A stretch of DNA of 64,000 nucleotides from Patescibacteria group bacterium (GTDB lineage: Bacteria; Patescibacteriota; Minisyncoccia; Phycocordibacterales; Phycocordibacteraceae), in contig JAGWVF010000003.1 of assembly GCA_018971045.1 (NCBI GenBank), positions 42,793-106,792 of the forward strand. Direction: 5' to 3'. The notes below the pieces were generated by a model, which saw only the letters and a program-made list of their open reading frames with translations, did not search any database and was not told where the DNA came from. Shown here piece by piece: positions 49,614-58,210 of this stretch. A program made the position numbers and the translations under genes. Every line of letters begins with the position of its first letter. Position 1 is the stretch's first letter.

Positions 49614-50819
49614 CTAGATCGCGCCGGCGAGATTGTAGATCGGGATCAGCACCGCGGCGACGAGAATACCGACGCCGAGGCCGAGGAGCACGATCATCAA
49701 GGGCTCGATGAGCCCGACGAGCGTATCAACGGCGTTCGCGACTTCACGATTATAGAACTTCGCGAGCGTGCTCAAGATCTTGCCGAGCTCGCCGGTCTCC
49801 TCGCCAACCTTCGCCATCGCCACCAAAATGCCCGGAATTTCCGGATTCTTTCCAAAGGCGTCCGCGATCGACGATCCGCCCTTCACGCTCGCCGTCACGT
49901 CGCGCAAGACGCGCTCATACACCGCATTTTCCACGACCGAGCTCGTGATCTCGAGCGCTTCGATAACCGGCACGCCCGCGAGGAGCATCGTCGCCAAATT
50001 GTCCGAGATGCGCGCGAAATAAAGCTTCTGATAGAGCGTCCCGATGTAGGGCACGGAGATCTTGACCCGATCGAGGATGAGCTTTCCATTTTCAGTCTTT
50101 CCGAGACGATACACGTAAAACGCGAACGCGATGAGCGCGATTAAGATGAATATGCCGTAATTCACGATGAAGTTCGACGCGCCGATGACGATCTGCGTAT
50201 AGAGGGGTACCCCTTGTCCGGAATCGGTAAGAATAGCGCTTATCTTCGGTATCACCAGCGTCAGCATCAGCGCCATCACGGTGACGAAGACGACGAGCAC
50301 GAACGCCGGGTAGATGAGCGCGTTCTGCGCTTTACTCATGAGGTCGTAGGAGCGGTCGAGATAGTCGGCGAGATAATTGAACGTCTCGGAGAGACGGCCC
50401 GACTCCTCGCCGGCGCGTACCATATTCACGTAAAACATGCTGAAAACGGTGGGGTGGCGCGAGAGCGCCTTGCTGATCGGACTGCCGCCTTGCAGATCGT
50501 CGCCGATCGTCGAGAGGATGATGCGCAGCTTTTTATTTTCGACTTCAGTCGCGAGAAGCCGGAAGACGCGGAGCGCCGGCACCTGCGCCTCAAAGAGAGT
50601 CGCGACTTGGCGCGAGAGAATCACGACGTCCTTGTTCTTCACGCGGCTGAAAAACGGGATATCCATCTCAAAGAACGATTTCTTATCGGCGGAGTCTATC
50701 GCCGAGATGATGAGATTGCGGCGCTGAAGCGACGAGATCGCGACTTCCTTCGATGAAGCTTCGATGGTTCCGTCGCGCTCGAATCCGTCTTGATCAACTG
50801 CGTGGTATTTAAAGAGCAT
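49614..50819 (-). CDS. pilC: type IV pilus platform protein (GspF family)
   Basis: 401 aa; two T2SSF repeats, 3 TM. Confidence 0.85.
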   Translation of the reverse strand: MLFKYHAVDQDGFERDGTIEASSKEVAISSLQRRNLIISAIDSADKKSFFEMDIPFFSRVKNKDVVILSRQVATLFEAQVPALRVFRLLATEVENKKLRIILSTIGDDLQGGSPISKALSRHPTVFSMFYVNMVRAGEESGRLSETFNYLADYLDRSYDLMSKAQNALIYPAFVLVVFVTVMALMLTLVIPKISAILTDSGQGVPLYTQIVIGASNFIVNYGIFILIALIAFAFYVYRLGKTENGKLILDRVKISVPYIGTLYQKLYFARISDNLATMLLAGVPVIEALEITSSVVENAVYERVLRDVTASVKGGSSIADAFGKNPEIPGILVAMAKVGEETGELGKILSTLAKFYNREVANAVDTLVGLIEPLMIVLLGLGVGILVAAVLIPIYNLAGAI

Positions 50820-50824
50820 GGGAG

Positions 50825-51886
50825 TTAGAGATAGTGCTCGAGCGTCTTAATATCCATCGCATAATCGTACGCGCTGTCCACCGTGATCTGCCCCTGCCGC
50901 ACGAGTTCGGCGAGAGAGCGATCCATGTCGATCATTCCCTCTTGCGACGACGTTTGGACCACGGTGTCGATTTCGTGCGTGCGGGCGTCGCGGATGAGCG
51001 TGCTGACGGCGTTATTATTAATGAGCAGCTCGTACGCCGGCACCAGTCCTCCGGAAACGCGCGGAATGAGCCTCTGCGAGAAGATGCCGGCGAGACTTCC
51101 GGCAAGCTGAATACGAACCTGCATTTGCTGTTCCGCCGGGAACATGTCGATGATGCGGTCAATGGTCTGCGCCGCGTTATTGGTGTGCAGGGTCGAGAAA
51201 ACCAGGTGTCCGGTCTCGGCGGCGGTAACCGCCGCCGATATGGTCTCGAGATCGCGCATCTCGCCGACCATAATGACGTCCACGTCTTCTCGAAACGCGG
51301 ATTGGAGCGCGGTGTGGAAGTTCGGCGTATCGATATGCACTTCGCGCTGATGGATGAGCGATTTCTTCGGCGTGAAGAGATATTCGACCGGATCCTCGAT
51401 GGTGAGAATATGCTCCGTCCGGGTGTCGTTAATGCGGTTGATCATCGCCGCGAGCGTGGTCGACTTCCCTTGCCCCACCGGACCGACGCAGAGGAAGAAC
51501 CCCTGTTCGCGCTGCGTAAAGACTTCAAGGATCGACGGGAGATTGAGCTCGGCGAACGTGCTCGCCGCGCGCGGGATGAGGCGGAACGCGAGCGCAACGG
51601 CTCCCTGCACGCGGTAACCGTTCACGCGGAACCGGTCGGATTGGCCGTGCGCGTAGGAAAAGTCGATGGTCTGATCCCGCTCGAATATGCCCCACCGCTC
51701 GGTCGGCACGACGCTCTTCAGCATTTCTTCGGTCTCGGCGGCGTCAAATGCCTTATACCGGCTCACGGCCAGAAGCGAGCCCGACACGCGGATCATCGGC
51801 GGGCCTCCGGCGAAGATGTGGAGATCCGACCCTGCTTGCGAGATGACGAGATCGAGAAGTTCGTTGAGATTTTTTTCGGCAGACAT
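50825..51886 (-). CDS. pilT: twitching-motility retraction ATPase
   Basis: 353 aa; Walker A GPVGQGKST, Asp box, His box, short N-terminus typical of PilT. Confidence 0.85.
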   Translation of the reverse strand: MSAEKNLNELLDLVISQAGSDLHIFAGGPPMIRVSGSLLAVSRYKAFDAAETEEMLKSVVPTERWGIFERDQTIDFSYAHGQSDRFRVNGYRVQGAVALAFRLIPRAASTFAELNLPSILEVFTQREQGFFLCVGPVGQGKSTTLAAMINRINDTRTEHILTIEDPVEYLFTPKKSLIHQREVHIDTPNFHTALQSAFREDVDVIMVGEMRDLETISAAVTAAETGHLVFSTLHTNNAAQTIDRIIDMFPAEQQMQVRIQLAGSLAGIFSQRLIPRVSGGLVPAYELLINNNAVSTLIRDARTHEIDTVVQTSSQEGMIDMDRSLAELVRQGQITVDSAYDYAMDIKTLEHYL

Positions 51887-51898
51887 GGCAGTAAAGAG

Positions 51899-52288
51899 TT
51901 ATTCCGGCGCCGCTTCGATGGTGCGAACCGTCTCGGCTAACACCTCGGAAGGAATGGCCGAGGCCTTGACGATGTAGCCGTCCGCGGCGAGCTGCTTCGC
52001 ACGCTCGATGTCCGAGTCCTGTCCTTGATTCGAGAGGATAATGATCTTCGTATGGGGGATTAAATTCTCCTTCCGTATTTCCTCGATCGCCTCGAATCCG
52101 CCCATACCCGGCATAATAAGGTCGACGAGAATCGCGTCCGGATCTTTCGTATCGGCCTTATGCAAGGCGGCGAGGAGCTCTTCTCCGCTCGCGAACGAGT
52201 ATACGTCGTGCCCGGAATTTTTAAACTTCACGGCGTACAAGTCGAGAAGGAACTTATCATCATCAACAAGATAAATGCGGTATATCAT
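51899..52288 (-). CDS. single-domain response regulator (CheY/PilH-like receiver)
   Basis: 129 aa; DD pair (YLVDDD), phospho-acceptor Asp (ILVDLIMP), Thr/Lys (ILSNQG...YIVKA). Confidence 0.75.
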   Translation of the reverse strand: MIYRIYLVDDDKFLLDLYAVKFKNSGHDVYSFASGEELLAALHKADTKDPDAILVDLIMPGMGGFEAIEEIRKENLIPHTKIIILSNQGQDSDIERAKQLAADGYIVKASAIPSEVLAETVRTIEAAPE

Positions 52289-52316
52289 TGCCGATCAGTA
52301 TACTACAGTTCCCGCG

Positions 52317-54104
52317 TCAATTGACATCTTCTTCGGGGAAAAGCTCTCCGCCGAGCGTATTGATCTCTTCAAAAGGAATCTCCCCGGCGAGCGCCTTCAG
52401 GATAGCGTTCTCGCGCATCGTGAGCATGCCGCTCGCGCGAGCCGCGGCATAGACTTTTTCTTCGACCGGTTCTTGCAGAATGACCTGTTCGAGTTCCTTA
52501 TTCATGCGCAGAATCTCGAATACGCCGGTTCGGCCCCGCACGCCGCTCGGACATTCATCGGTCGGCATCGCGTGATAGAATTGTTTAAACTCGGGAAGCG
52601 AGCTACGGTACTCCTTCGGCAAGTCGGCAAAATCCTGTTCCAAAAGGAGTTTGATGCTGTCGTTGATGACAAACGGCTTGCCGGCCCCGGGACACAACTT
52701 TTGCACCAGTCGCTGGCCGATCACCGCGATCAATGTCGGAGCGATAAGGAATGGATCCACCCCCATGTCAATAAGACGCGGGATGGCGCCGGCCGCCGTA
52801 TTGGTGTGCACCGTCGTGAAGACGAGGTGGCCGGTGAGCGCCGCCTGTACCGCGAGCGCGGCGGTCTCTTTGTCGCGAATCTCGCCGACCATAATGATAT
52901 CGGGGTCCTGGCGCAGGATCGAGCGCAGACCGCTCGCGAAGGTGTAGTCAATCTCCGGCCGCACCTGGCTCTGCGCGACGCCGGAAATCTCATATTCCAC
53001 CGGATCTTCAAGCGATACGACGTTTTTTGTCTCCCGATCCGTCTCCGAGAGCATTCCGAAGAGCGTCGTCGATTTGCCGGATCCGGTTGGGCCGGAAATG
53101 AGGATGATGCCGTACGGGACCTTCATCATCGCGCGAACCGCCGCAAGCTGTACGGCCGAGAACCCGACAGAATCGAGCGTTACGGTCGATCCCGATTGAT
53201 CGAGAATGCGCATCACCACCTTCTCGCCGAATTCGGTGGGAAAGGTCGATACGCGAAAATCGATTCGCCGCTTCTCGACGACCGCCGAGAAACGCCCGTC
53301 TTGCGGCTTGCGCTTTTCGTCGAGGCGGAGCTTCGCCAGAATCTTGATGCGGGCAACCACGGCCTCGTGCACCTTGTTCGGCAGTTCGAGCGATGTGTGG
53401 AGCTTGCCGTCGAGACGGAAACGCACCCGCGTTTTCGTCGGCGACGGCTCGATGTGCACATCTGATGACCGACCTTCGATCGCGTAGCGTAATATCGTGG
53501 AAACGATCTTCGTAACCGGAGCATCCTCCTTCAGCGTTTCGCGCGGACCGCCAAGATTGAGCGTCTCTTCCGCAAGAGCGATGGCGGCTTCATTCTGTTC
53601 AGACGCGCCCGGCTGCGCGGACGCTTCCGACGGCGGCTTCGCGATAGTCTCGTATTCGGACAGTGCCTTCCCCACCTCGCCCGAGAGATTTTGATATGTC
53701 TGCAACACCCGATCAAAGTCTTCTTGGGTAATGAGAACGATCTTGTACGGCATTCCGATCTTCCCGGAGATGAATTGCAGCGCGTCGAAGGCTTCGATAT
53801 TGTCCGGATCGACCATTCCGACTTCGAGCGCGCCGTCAACGACCGAGAGAGGAACGAAGCCGTAGTGCCGCGCCGAATCGAGCGGTATGTAGCCGAGCGC
53901 CTCATCTTGAGCCGGCGGATCGCCGAGAATCCGAGTCGGTAGCCCATACGCCTCGCCGACGAGTGCGAGCGCATCCGAGAGCGAAATGTTGCGCTCGGCA
54001 AAAACTTCCGACATGGGTCGCTTCTTCGCGAGTTCGGCCTCTATGACTGCGCGGTCTCCGGAAGAAATAAGGCCTTTGTCAACAAGTAGTCCAAGAAGAT
54101 TCAT
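52317..54104 (-). CDS. pilB: type IV pilus assembly ATPase (GspE family)
   Basis: 595 aa; N-terminal T2SSE_N domain, Walker A GPTGSGKST, tetracysteine/His box region. Confidence 0.85.
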   Translation of the reverse strand: MNLLGLLVDKGLISSGDRAVIEAELAKKRPMSEVFAERNISLSDALALVGEAYGLPTRILGDPPAQDEALGYIPLDSARHYGFVPLSVVDGALEVGMVDPDNIEAFDALQFISGKIGMPYKIVLITQEDFDRVLQTYQNLSGEVGKALSEYETIAKPPSEASAQPGASEQNEAAIALAEETLNLGGPRETLKEDAPVTKIVSTILRYAIEGRSSDVHIEPSPTKTRVRFRLDGKLHTSLELPNKVHEAVVARIKILAKLRLDEKRKPQDGRFSAVVEKRRIDFRVSTFPTEFGEKVVMRILDQSGSTVTLDSVGFSAVQLAAVRAMMKVPYGIILISGPTGSGKSTTLFGMLSETDRETKNVVSLEDPVEYEISGVAQSQVRPEIDYTFASGLRSILRQDPDIIMVGEIRDKETAALAVQAALTGHLVFTTVHTNTAAGAIPRLIDMGVDPFLIAPTLIAVIGQRLVQKLCPGAGKPFVINDSIKLLLEQDFADLPKEYRSSLPEFKQFYHAMPTDECPSGVRGRTGVFEILRMNKELEQVILQEPVEEKVYAAARASGMLTMRENAILKALAGEIPFEEINTLGGELFPEEDVN

Positions 54105-54409
54105 TACTTAGTAGCGGTCGTGCCGGAAATGGGGGCAAGCGGATCGGCTCGACCGGCCGGCTCTTGCTGTATCGGCTGCGTGATATCGACAAGCGCGATG
54201 AATCGGGGGTCCGAAAAGATGGAGGTGTCGAAAGAAACGGGCAGTTGACTGCTGAGCGAATCGAACTGCATTTGAGTGCTCGACGGTTCCGGTACGGCCG
54301 TGAGCGGCGCTTGATTCCCCGCATTCATAAAGAAATACCAATAGGCCGCAAGGGCGACAAGGAAGGAAACGGCTACAAGAATGAGAGTGTTTTTTTTCAT
54401 AGATGACAC
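54104..54409 (-). CDS. small membrane-anchored hypothetical protein (possible PilP-like component)
   Basis: 101 aa; N-terminal TM then Pro/Ser-rich periplasmic tail; sits between pilO and pilB. Confidence 0.35.
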   Translation of the reverse strand: MSSMKKNTLILVAVSFLVALAAYWYFFMNAGNQAPLTAVPEPSSTQMQFDSLSSQLPVSFDTSIFSDPRFIALVDITQPIQQEPAGRADPLAPISGTTATK

Positions 54410-54411
54410 GA

Positions 54412-54963
54412 TTAGCGCAGCCAGTAGAGGCGTATCTTCAGTTTATAGGTATACACGCCCGTGTCGGATCCTTGGATGGAGAGATCCTGCACGTCAAGCA
54501 GGCGCTGGCTCTTCTCAATGCCCGCAAGGAACGTCTTAAACGCCGAATACGTGCCGACGAGCGTCAGTGAAAAGTCCATCGACTGTTCCGGAGACTGGAT
54601 CCCGGGTCCCGTACCCGGGACGGTTGCCGAGGCCTGCGCAATCGGTGATACGTCAATAGCCGAGACCGAGATGGAACTCTTCGCGGCAAGCGCATTCAAG
54701 TCGAGGATAAGGCCGATATTGTTGACCGAATCAGGAAGGAGCAGCATGAGCCGCGCGAGGTTCGCCGAGCCAATGGTGTTCTGCGCGTCGGTCAGTCGCT
54801 TGACTTGAGCCGCGAAAGAGCTCGCCGCGGCAAGCGCCTTGTCATCTGATGCGATTTTCGTCTTGGTATCGGCAATGGAGCCTGACAGAGTCGGGTTTAT
54901 GTACCCGAAGAATATGCCGAGGGCGACAATAACGGCGACAATGGAGAGAGTTCGGCTGTTCAT
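54412..54963 (-). CDS. pilO: type IV pilus assembly protein PilO-like
   Basis: 183 aa bitopic; N-terminal TM, coiled coil, position after pilN. Confidence 0.5.
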   Translation of the reverse strand: MNSRTLSIVAVIVALGIFFGYINPTLSGSIADTKTKIASDDKALAAASSFAAQVKRLTDAQNTIGSANLARLMLLLPDSVNNIGLILDLNALAAKSSISVSAIDVSPIAQASATVPGTGPGIQSPEQSMDFSLTLVGTYSAFKTFLAGIEKSQRLLDVQDLSIQGSDTGVYTYKLKIRLYWLR

Positions 54964-55565
54964 GGAGTAAAGGCGATGACTTTCGGATCGAGCGCCGCAG
55001 ACATCGTGAATGCGACGGAGCCGTCTTTCTGGTTGAGGACGATACCTGAGAAGATCGCTCCCTTGAAACGATTGTCCGCGGCAAATGCCGCTGAAGTCGC
55101 CGCAAGCGCGTTGAAGTTTTGCGCGGTGCCCGCCGCATCCAGCGTCGCTTCATGCTTGTCATTAAACGAGATCCGAATCGTGTTAAAGCGCACCGGACCG
55201 GGCGTTATCGCTTCAAGAATCGGGAAAAATCCCGACAGGGCGACGTGATTATTGACCAACGTCATTCCTGTCACGAGACGATCGTGCAGGCGCACAAAGG
55301 CAGGGACCGTGGAAGTGTCGAGCGCCGCGACCGCCTTAGCGAGCTGCGCATCTTCCGCGTTTTTGGTCATCAAGAGCACGCGGCCGTATAAAAACACGCC
55401 GATCGCGAATACGAAGATCGCTCCCGCGACCACATAACCGAGAAAAGCGAGTACGCCGATAATCGTTTCGCTCGCGTCGTGCTTGGGTGAAGAAGCGGAT
55501 TGCGGAAGAAACGACGTCGGAAGTGTCGGAGGAGCCATTGACTGTAGTATACGATACGCGCGCAA
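54960..55565 (-). CDS. pilN: type IV pilus assembly protein PilN-like
   Basis: 201 aa bitopic; 4-bp overlap with pilO, follows pilM. Confidence 0.5.
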   Translation of the reverse strand: MRAYRILQSMAPPTLPTSFLPQSASSPKHDASETIIGVLAFLGYVVAGAIFVFAIGVFLYGRVLLMTKNAEDAQLAKAVAALDTSTVPAFVRLHDRLVTGMTLVNNHVALSGFFPILEAITPGPVRFNTIRISFNDKHEATLDAAGTAQNFNALAATSAAFAADNRFKGAIFSGIVLNQKDGSVAFTMSAALDPKVIAFTP

Positions 55566-55595
55566 GGAGCGCTTGAAACCAACTGTGCAAAACCA

Positions 55596-56696
55596 TCAAC
55601 GCACTTCGTCGAGTTTGCGCAACGCGAGACCGACCGCTACGGCGAATTCCGGACCGATCTCTTCGAGAATCGGACGCATGAACGCCGGCGCCTGAACTTT
55701 TTTAAAAGGATTCGCAACGTGCACGTCAATTGAAAAAATATGTTTCGCATAATCGCTCAGCTGTTTCGTCACCCCGCCGCCGCCCGTAAGAACGATCGCG
55801 GTAACGGGTTTCTTGTGCGCCGTTTCAAACTGGATAAGCACGCGGCGCGCTTCCGAAAATATGCGCGAGAACACCGCCTCCGAACTGCCGAGCGATCCGC
55901 CGCTTTGCAGTCCCCGCTGCTTCTTCAAGATCTCCGCCTGCTGTATCGGCACATTGCTCGCTATCGATATCGCCCGGGTAATATCCTGACTCCCGGTGCT
56001 GAGCGCATGAGAGAGCGCGACGACTCCATGCTCAATAATGTATATCTTCGTCGACGCGGCGCCGATATCGAGCACCATAACCGGCCGCACGGGCTCGTCG
56101 ACTACCGCGCGGATCGTGCTGAATATTTCAATCTCGTAAAAGGTTGACGCGAGGCCGACATTCGCCACGATATTTTGAAGCAATAAGAGCTCGTCATTGT
56201 GAACTGCGACTAAGAGCGCCTCGATGGTCTCGCGCGACGATCCGACCGCCGGCGTAAGGATATTGCCGACCTGTTCCTGTTCGGGCTTCGGCAAGATAAA
56301 CCAGTCGAGCTGTACCTCGGATACGGGAATCGGAATGTATTTGCGGGCTTCAAGCTCGATGACGGTCTTCTGCTCCTTAGGATCCTTTCGGTAGGGGAGC
56401 TTCACCATGATCAAGAGCGATCGCGCGTACGGAATCGAAACGCCACAGTTCCTGGTCGTCACTTTCGATTCGCGCAAGAGATCGCGCAACGTCTCGGTAA
56501 TCTGTTCGACGGAGAGATTGGTCGCCTGCCCCACTTCTGATCCGCCGTAAGGTCCGAGTGCCATTTCGCCGTACGTCTCAAGCACCGCTTGATCATGATC
56601 CTTGCGCAACTGAACAACCTTCAGCGAAGACGAACCGATATCAACCCCAAGGACACTCTTTTCCTTTTTCTTAAAGAGAGAATCGAAGAACGACAT
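55596..56696 (-). CDS. pilM: type IV pilus assembly ATPase-fold protein
   Basis: Actin-like fold; N-terminus MSFFDSLFKKKEKSVLGVDIGSSSLKVVQL; ORF track extends to 56810 but start taken at MSFFD. Confidence 0.8.
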   Translation of the reverse strand: MSFFDSLFKKKEKSVLGVDIGSSSLKVVQLRKDHDQAVLETYGEMALGPYGGSEVGQATNLSVEQITETLRDLLRESKVTTRNCGVSIPYARSLLIMVKLPYRKDPKEQKTVIELEARKYIPIPVSEVQLDWFILPKPEQEQVGNILTPAVGSSRETIEALLVAVHNDELLLLQNIVANVGLASTFYEIEIFSTIRAVVDEPVRPVMVLDIGAASTKIYIIEHGVVALSHALSTGSQDITRAISIASNVPIQQAEILKKQRGLQSGGSLGSSEAVFSRIFSEARRVLIQFETAHKKPVTAIVLTGGGGVTKQLSDYAKHIFSIDVHVANPFKKVQAPAFMRPILEEIGPEFAVAVGLALRKLDEVR

Positions 56697-56710
56697 GCGA
56701 CAATAATAGC

Positions 56711-57355
56711 ATGATACGCCTTCTTGACCTTCTTTTTCCACCACGCAACGACGAGACACGCCTGCGCGACGCGGCCGGCGATGAATTTCTTTCTCTGCTT
56801 TCTCCCGCACTCGCGCCTGATACGCGACCCGCGGCGACGATTCTCTTCTCCTTCGGCGATCCGCTCGTGCGAAGCGCCATCCATGAAGCGAAATACCACG
56901 GCAACCGCCGCGCCTTTCAGTATCTCGGGCTCGCGCTCGCTGAGTATCTTCGCGGTCTCGGAGATGATTGGGTGGCCTCGAGCCACGTCGTACTGGTCCC
57001 GGTCCCTCTTGGCGCGAAGCGACAGAAAGAGCGCGGATTCAATCAGGTAACGGAAGTCATACGCGCCGCGCTCGCCCATCTTCCGCTCCAGTCGTTTACG
57101 CTCGACGCTTCCCTTCTCAAGCGCGTTCGGGAAACGGAAACTCAGGTGTCGCTCACCCGCGAGAAGCGGGAGCAAAATATGCGCGGCGCGTTTACGGCGT
57201 CAGTGAGATCGGCCGAACAGGGGCGGATCAATCCCTCCGCCACGTATGTGCTCATTGACGACGTCCTCACGACGGGCGCCACTTTGCAGGCCGCGATCGA
57301 CGCGCTTCGCGCCGCAGGCGCGGTAACCATCAGCCCGCTCGCTCTCGCGCACTAA
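56711..57355 (+). CDS. comF: ComF family protein (phosphoribosyltransferase-like competence protein)
   Basis: 214 aa; C-terminal PRTase block YVLIDDVLTTGATLQAAIDALRAAGA; divergent from pilM with 14-bp spacer. Confidence 0.7.
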   Translation: MIRLLDLLFPPRNDETRLRDAAGDEFLSLLSPALAPDTRPAATILFSFGDPLVRSAIHEAKYHGNRRAFQYLGLALAEYLRGLGDDWVASSHVVLVPVPLGAKRQKERGFNQVTEVIRAALAHLPLQSFTLDASLLKRVRETETQVSLTREKREQNMRGAFTASVRSAEQGRINPSATYVLIDDVLTTGATLQAAIDALRAAGAVTISPLALAH

Positions 57356-57376
57356 ATTTGGTATTCTGCAGTTCAC

Positions 57377-57465
57377 GGAGACGTGGCTGAGTGGTCGAAA
57401 GCACCTCGCTGCTAATGAGGCAGGGGAGAAATCCTCTCGTGGGTTCAAATCCCACCGTCTCCGCC
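57377..57465 (+). tRNA. tRNA-Ser(GCU)
   Basis: Acceptor GGAGACG/CGTCTCC, D-arm GGCTGAGTGGTCGAAAGC (Ser-type), anticodon loop CUGCUAA, long variable arm CAGGGGAGAAATCCTCTC, T-arm GTGGG-TTCAAAT-CCCAC, discriminator G. Confidence 0.85.
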
Positions 57466-57508
57466 GGATCGGCGACTTTGAACCTTAGATAATCGTAGTT
57501 ATATTAAT

Positions 57509-58210
57509 ATGCAAAAACGAACACTAAGCCAAATCAAAAAGGCGCTTCAAGAACTTTCAGAAAAAGGCTGGATTAAGTCTAATCGCAGTCACAACACTGG
57601 AATAGGTAAAACCCTAGAGGACTATCTTGGTATTACAGAAAACAATATTGCTCTGCCGGACTTTGGGGTAATGGAATTGAAATCGCAAAGAATCAATACT
57701 CTTTCAATGATGACATTATTCACAAAGAGCCCCGAAGGAATTACAAATTCTGAGATTCGAAAGCGTTTCGGTTATCCTGACCCAGAATTTCCAAAGATTA
57801 AGATCTTGCATCAAACAATCAGCGATGGTGAAAGGAACAAAATGGGTTTTCAAGCTACTGTCGATGAAAAACAAGGTAAACTTCTTATTCTCAAAAAGGG
57901 CAAGTTGCTAGGTTATTACAGTCTAGATTTTTTAAGGAAAAAAGCTTTGGAGAAAATAGGAAATGGTCTTATATTGGTTCGCGCAGAAACAAAGAAAATC
58001 CGCGGACACGAATATTTCCACTACAGAGACGCATATTTATTGAAAGAAATTGATCCTACTAAATTTCTTGACCATTCAAAATACGATATTCGTCTAGGTG
58101 TATATCATAGCGGTAAAAACGCTGGTAAACCCCACGATCATGGTTCTGCTTTCCGTATTACAGAAAAGTCCTTACCTCTCTTATTTAAAATTCAGAAAAA
58201 GATTCTCTAA
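57509..58210 (+). CDS. MvaI/BcnI-family type II restriction endonuclease-like protein (MutH-like PD-(D/E)xK)
   Basis: 233 aa (size class of R.MvaI/R.BcnI); N-terminal DNA-recognition-like block then PD...ELK motif (ALPDFGVMELKSQ); convergent with and 4-bp overlapping the MTase gene. Confidence 0.5.
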   Translation: MQKRTLSQIKKALQELSEKGWIKSNRSHNTGIGKTLEDYLGITENNIALPDFGVMELKSQRINTLSMMTLFTKSPEGITNSEIRKRFGYPDPEFPKIKILHQTISDGERNKMGFQATVDEKQGKLLILKKGKLLGYYSLDFLRKKALEKIGNGLILVRAETKKIRGHEYFHYRDAYLLKEIDPTKFLDHSKYDIRLGVYHSGKNAGKPHDHGSAFRITEKSLPLLFKIQKKIL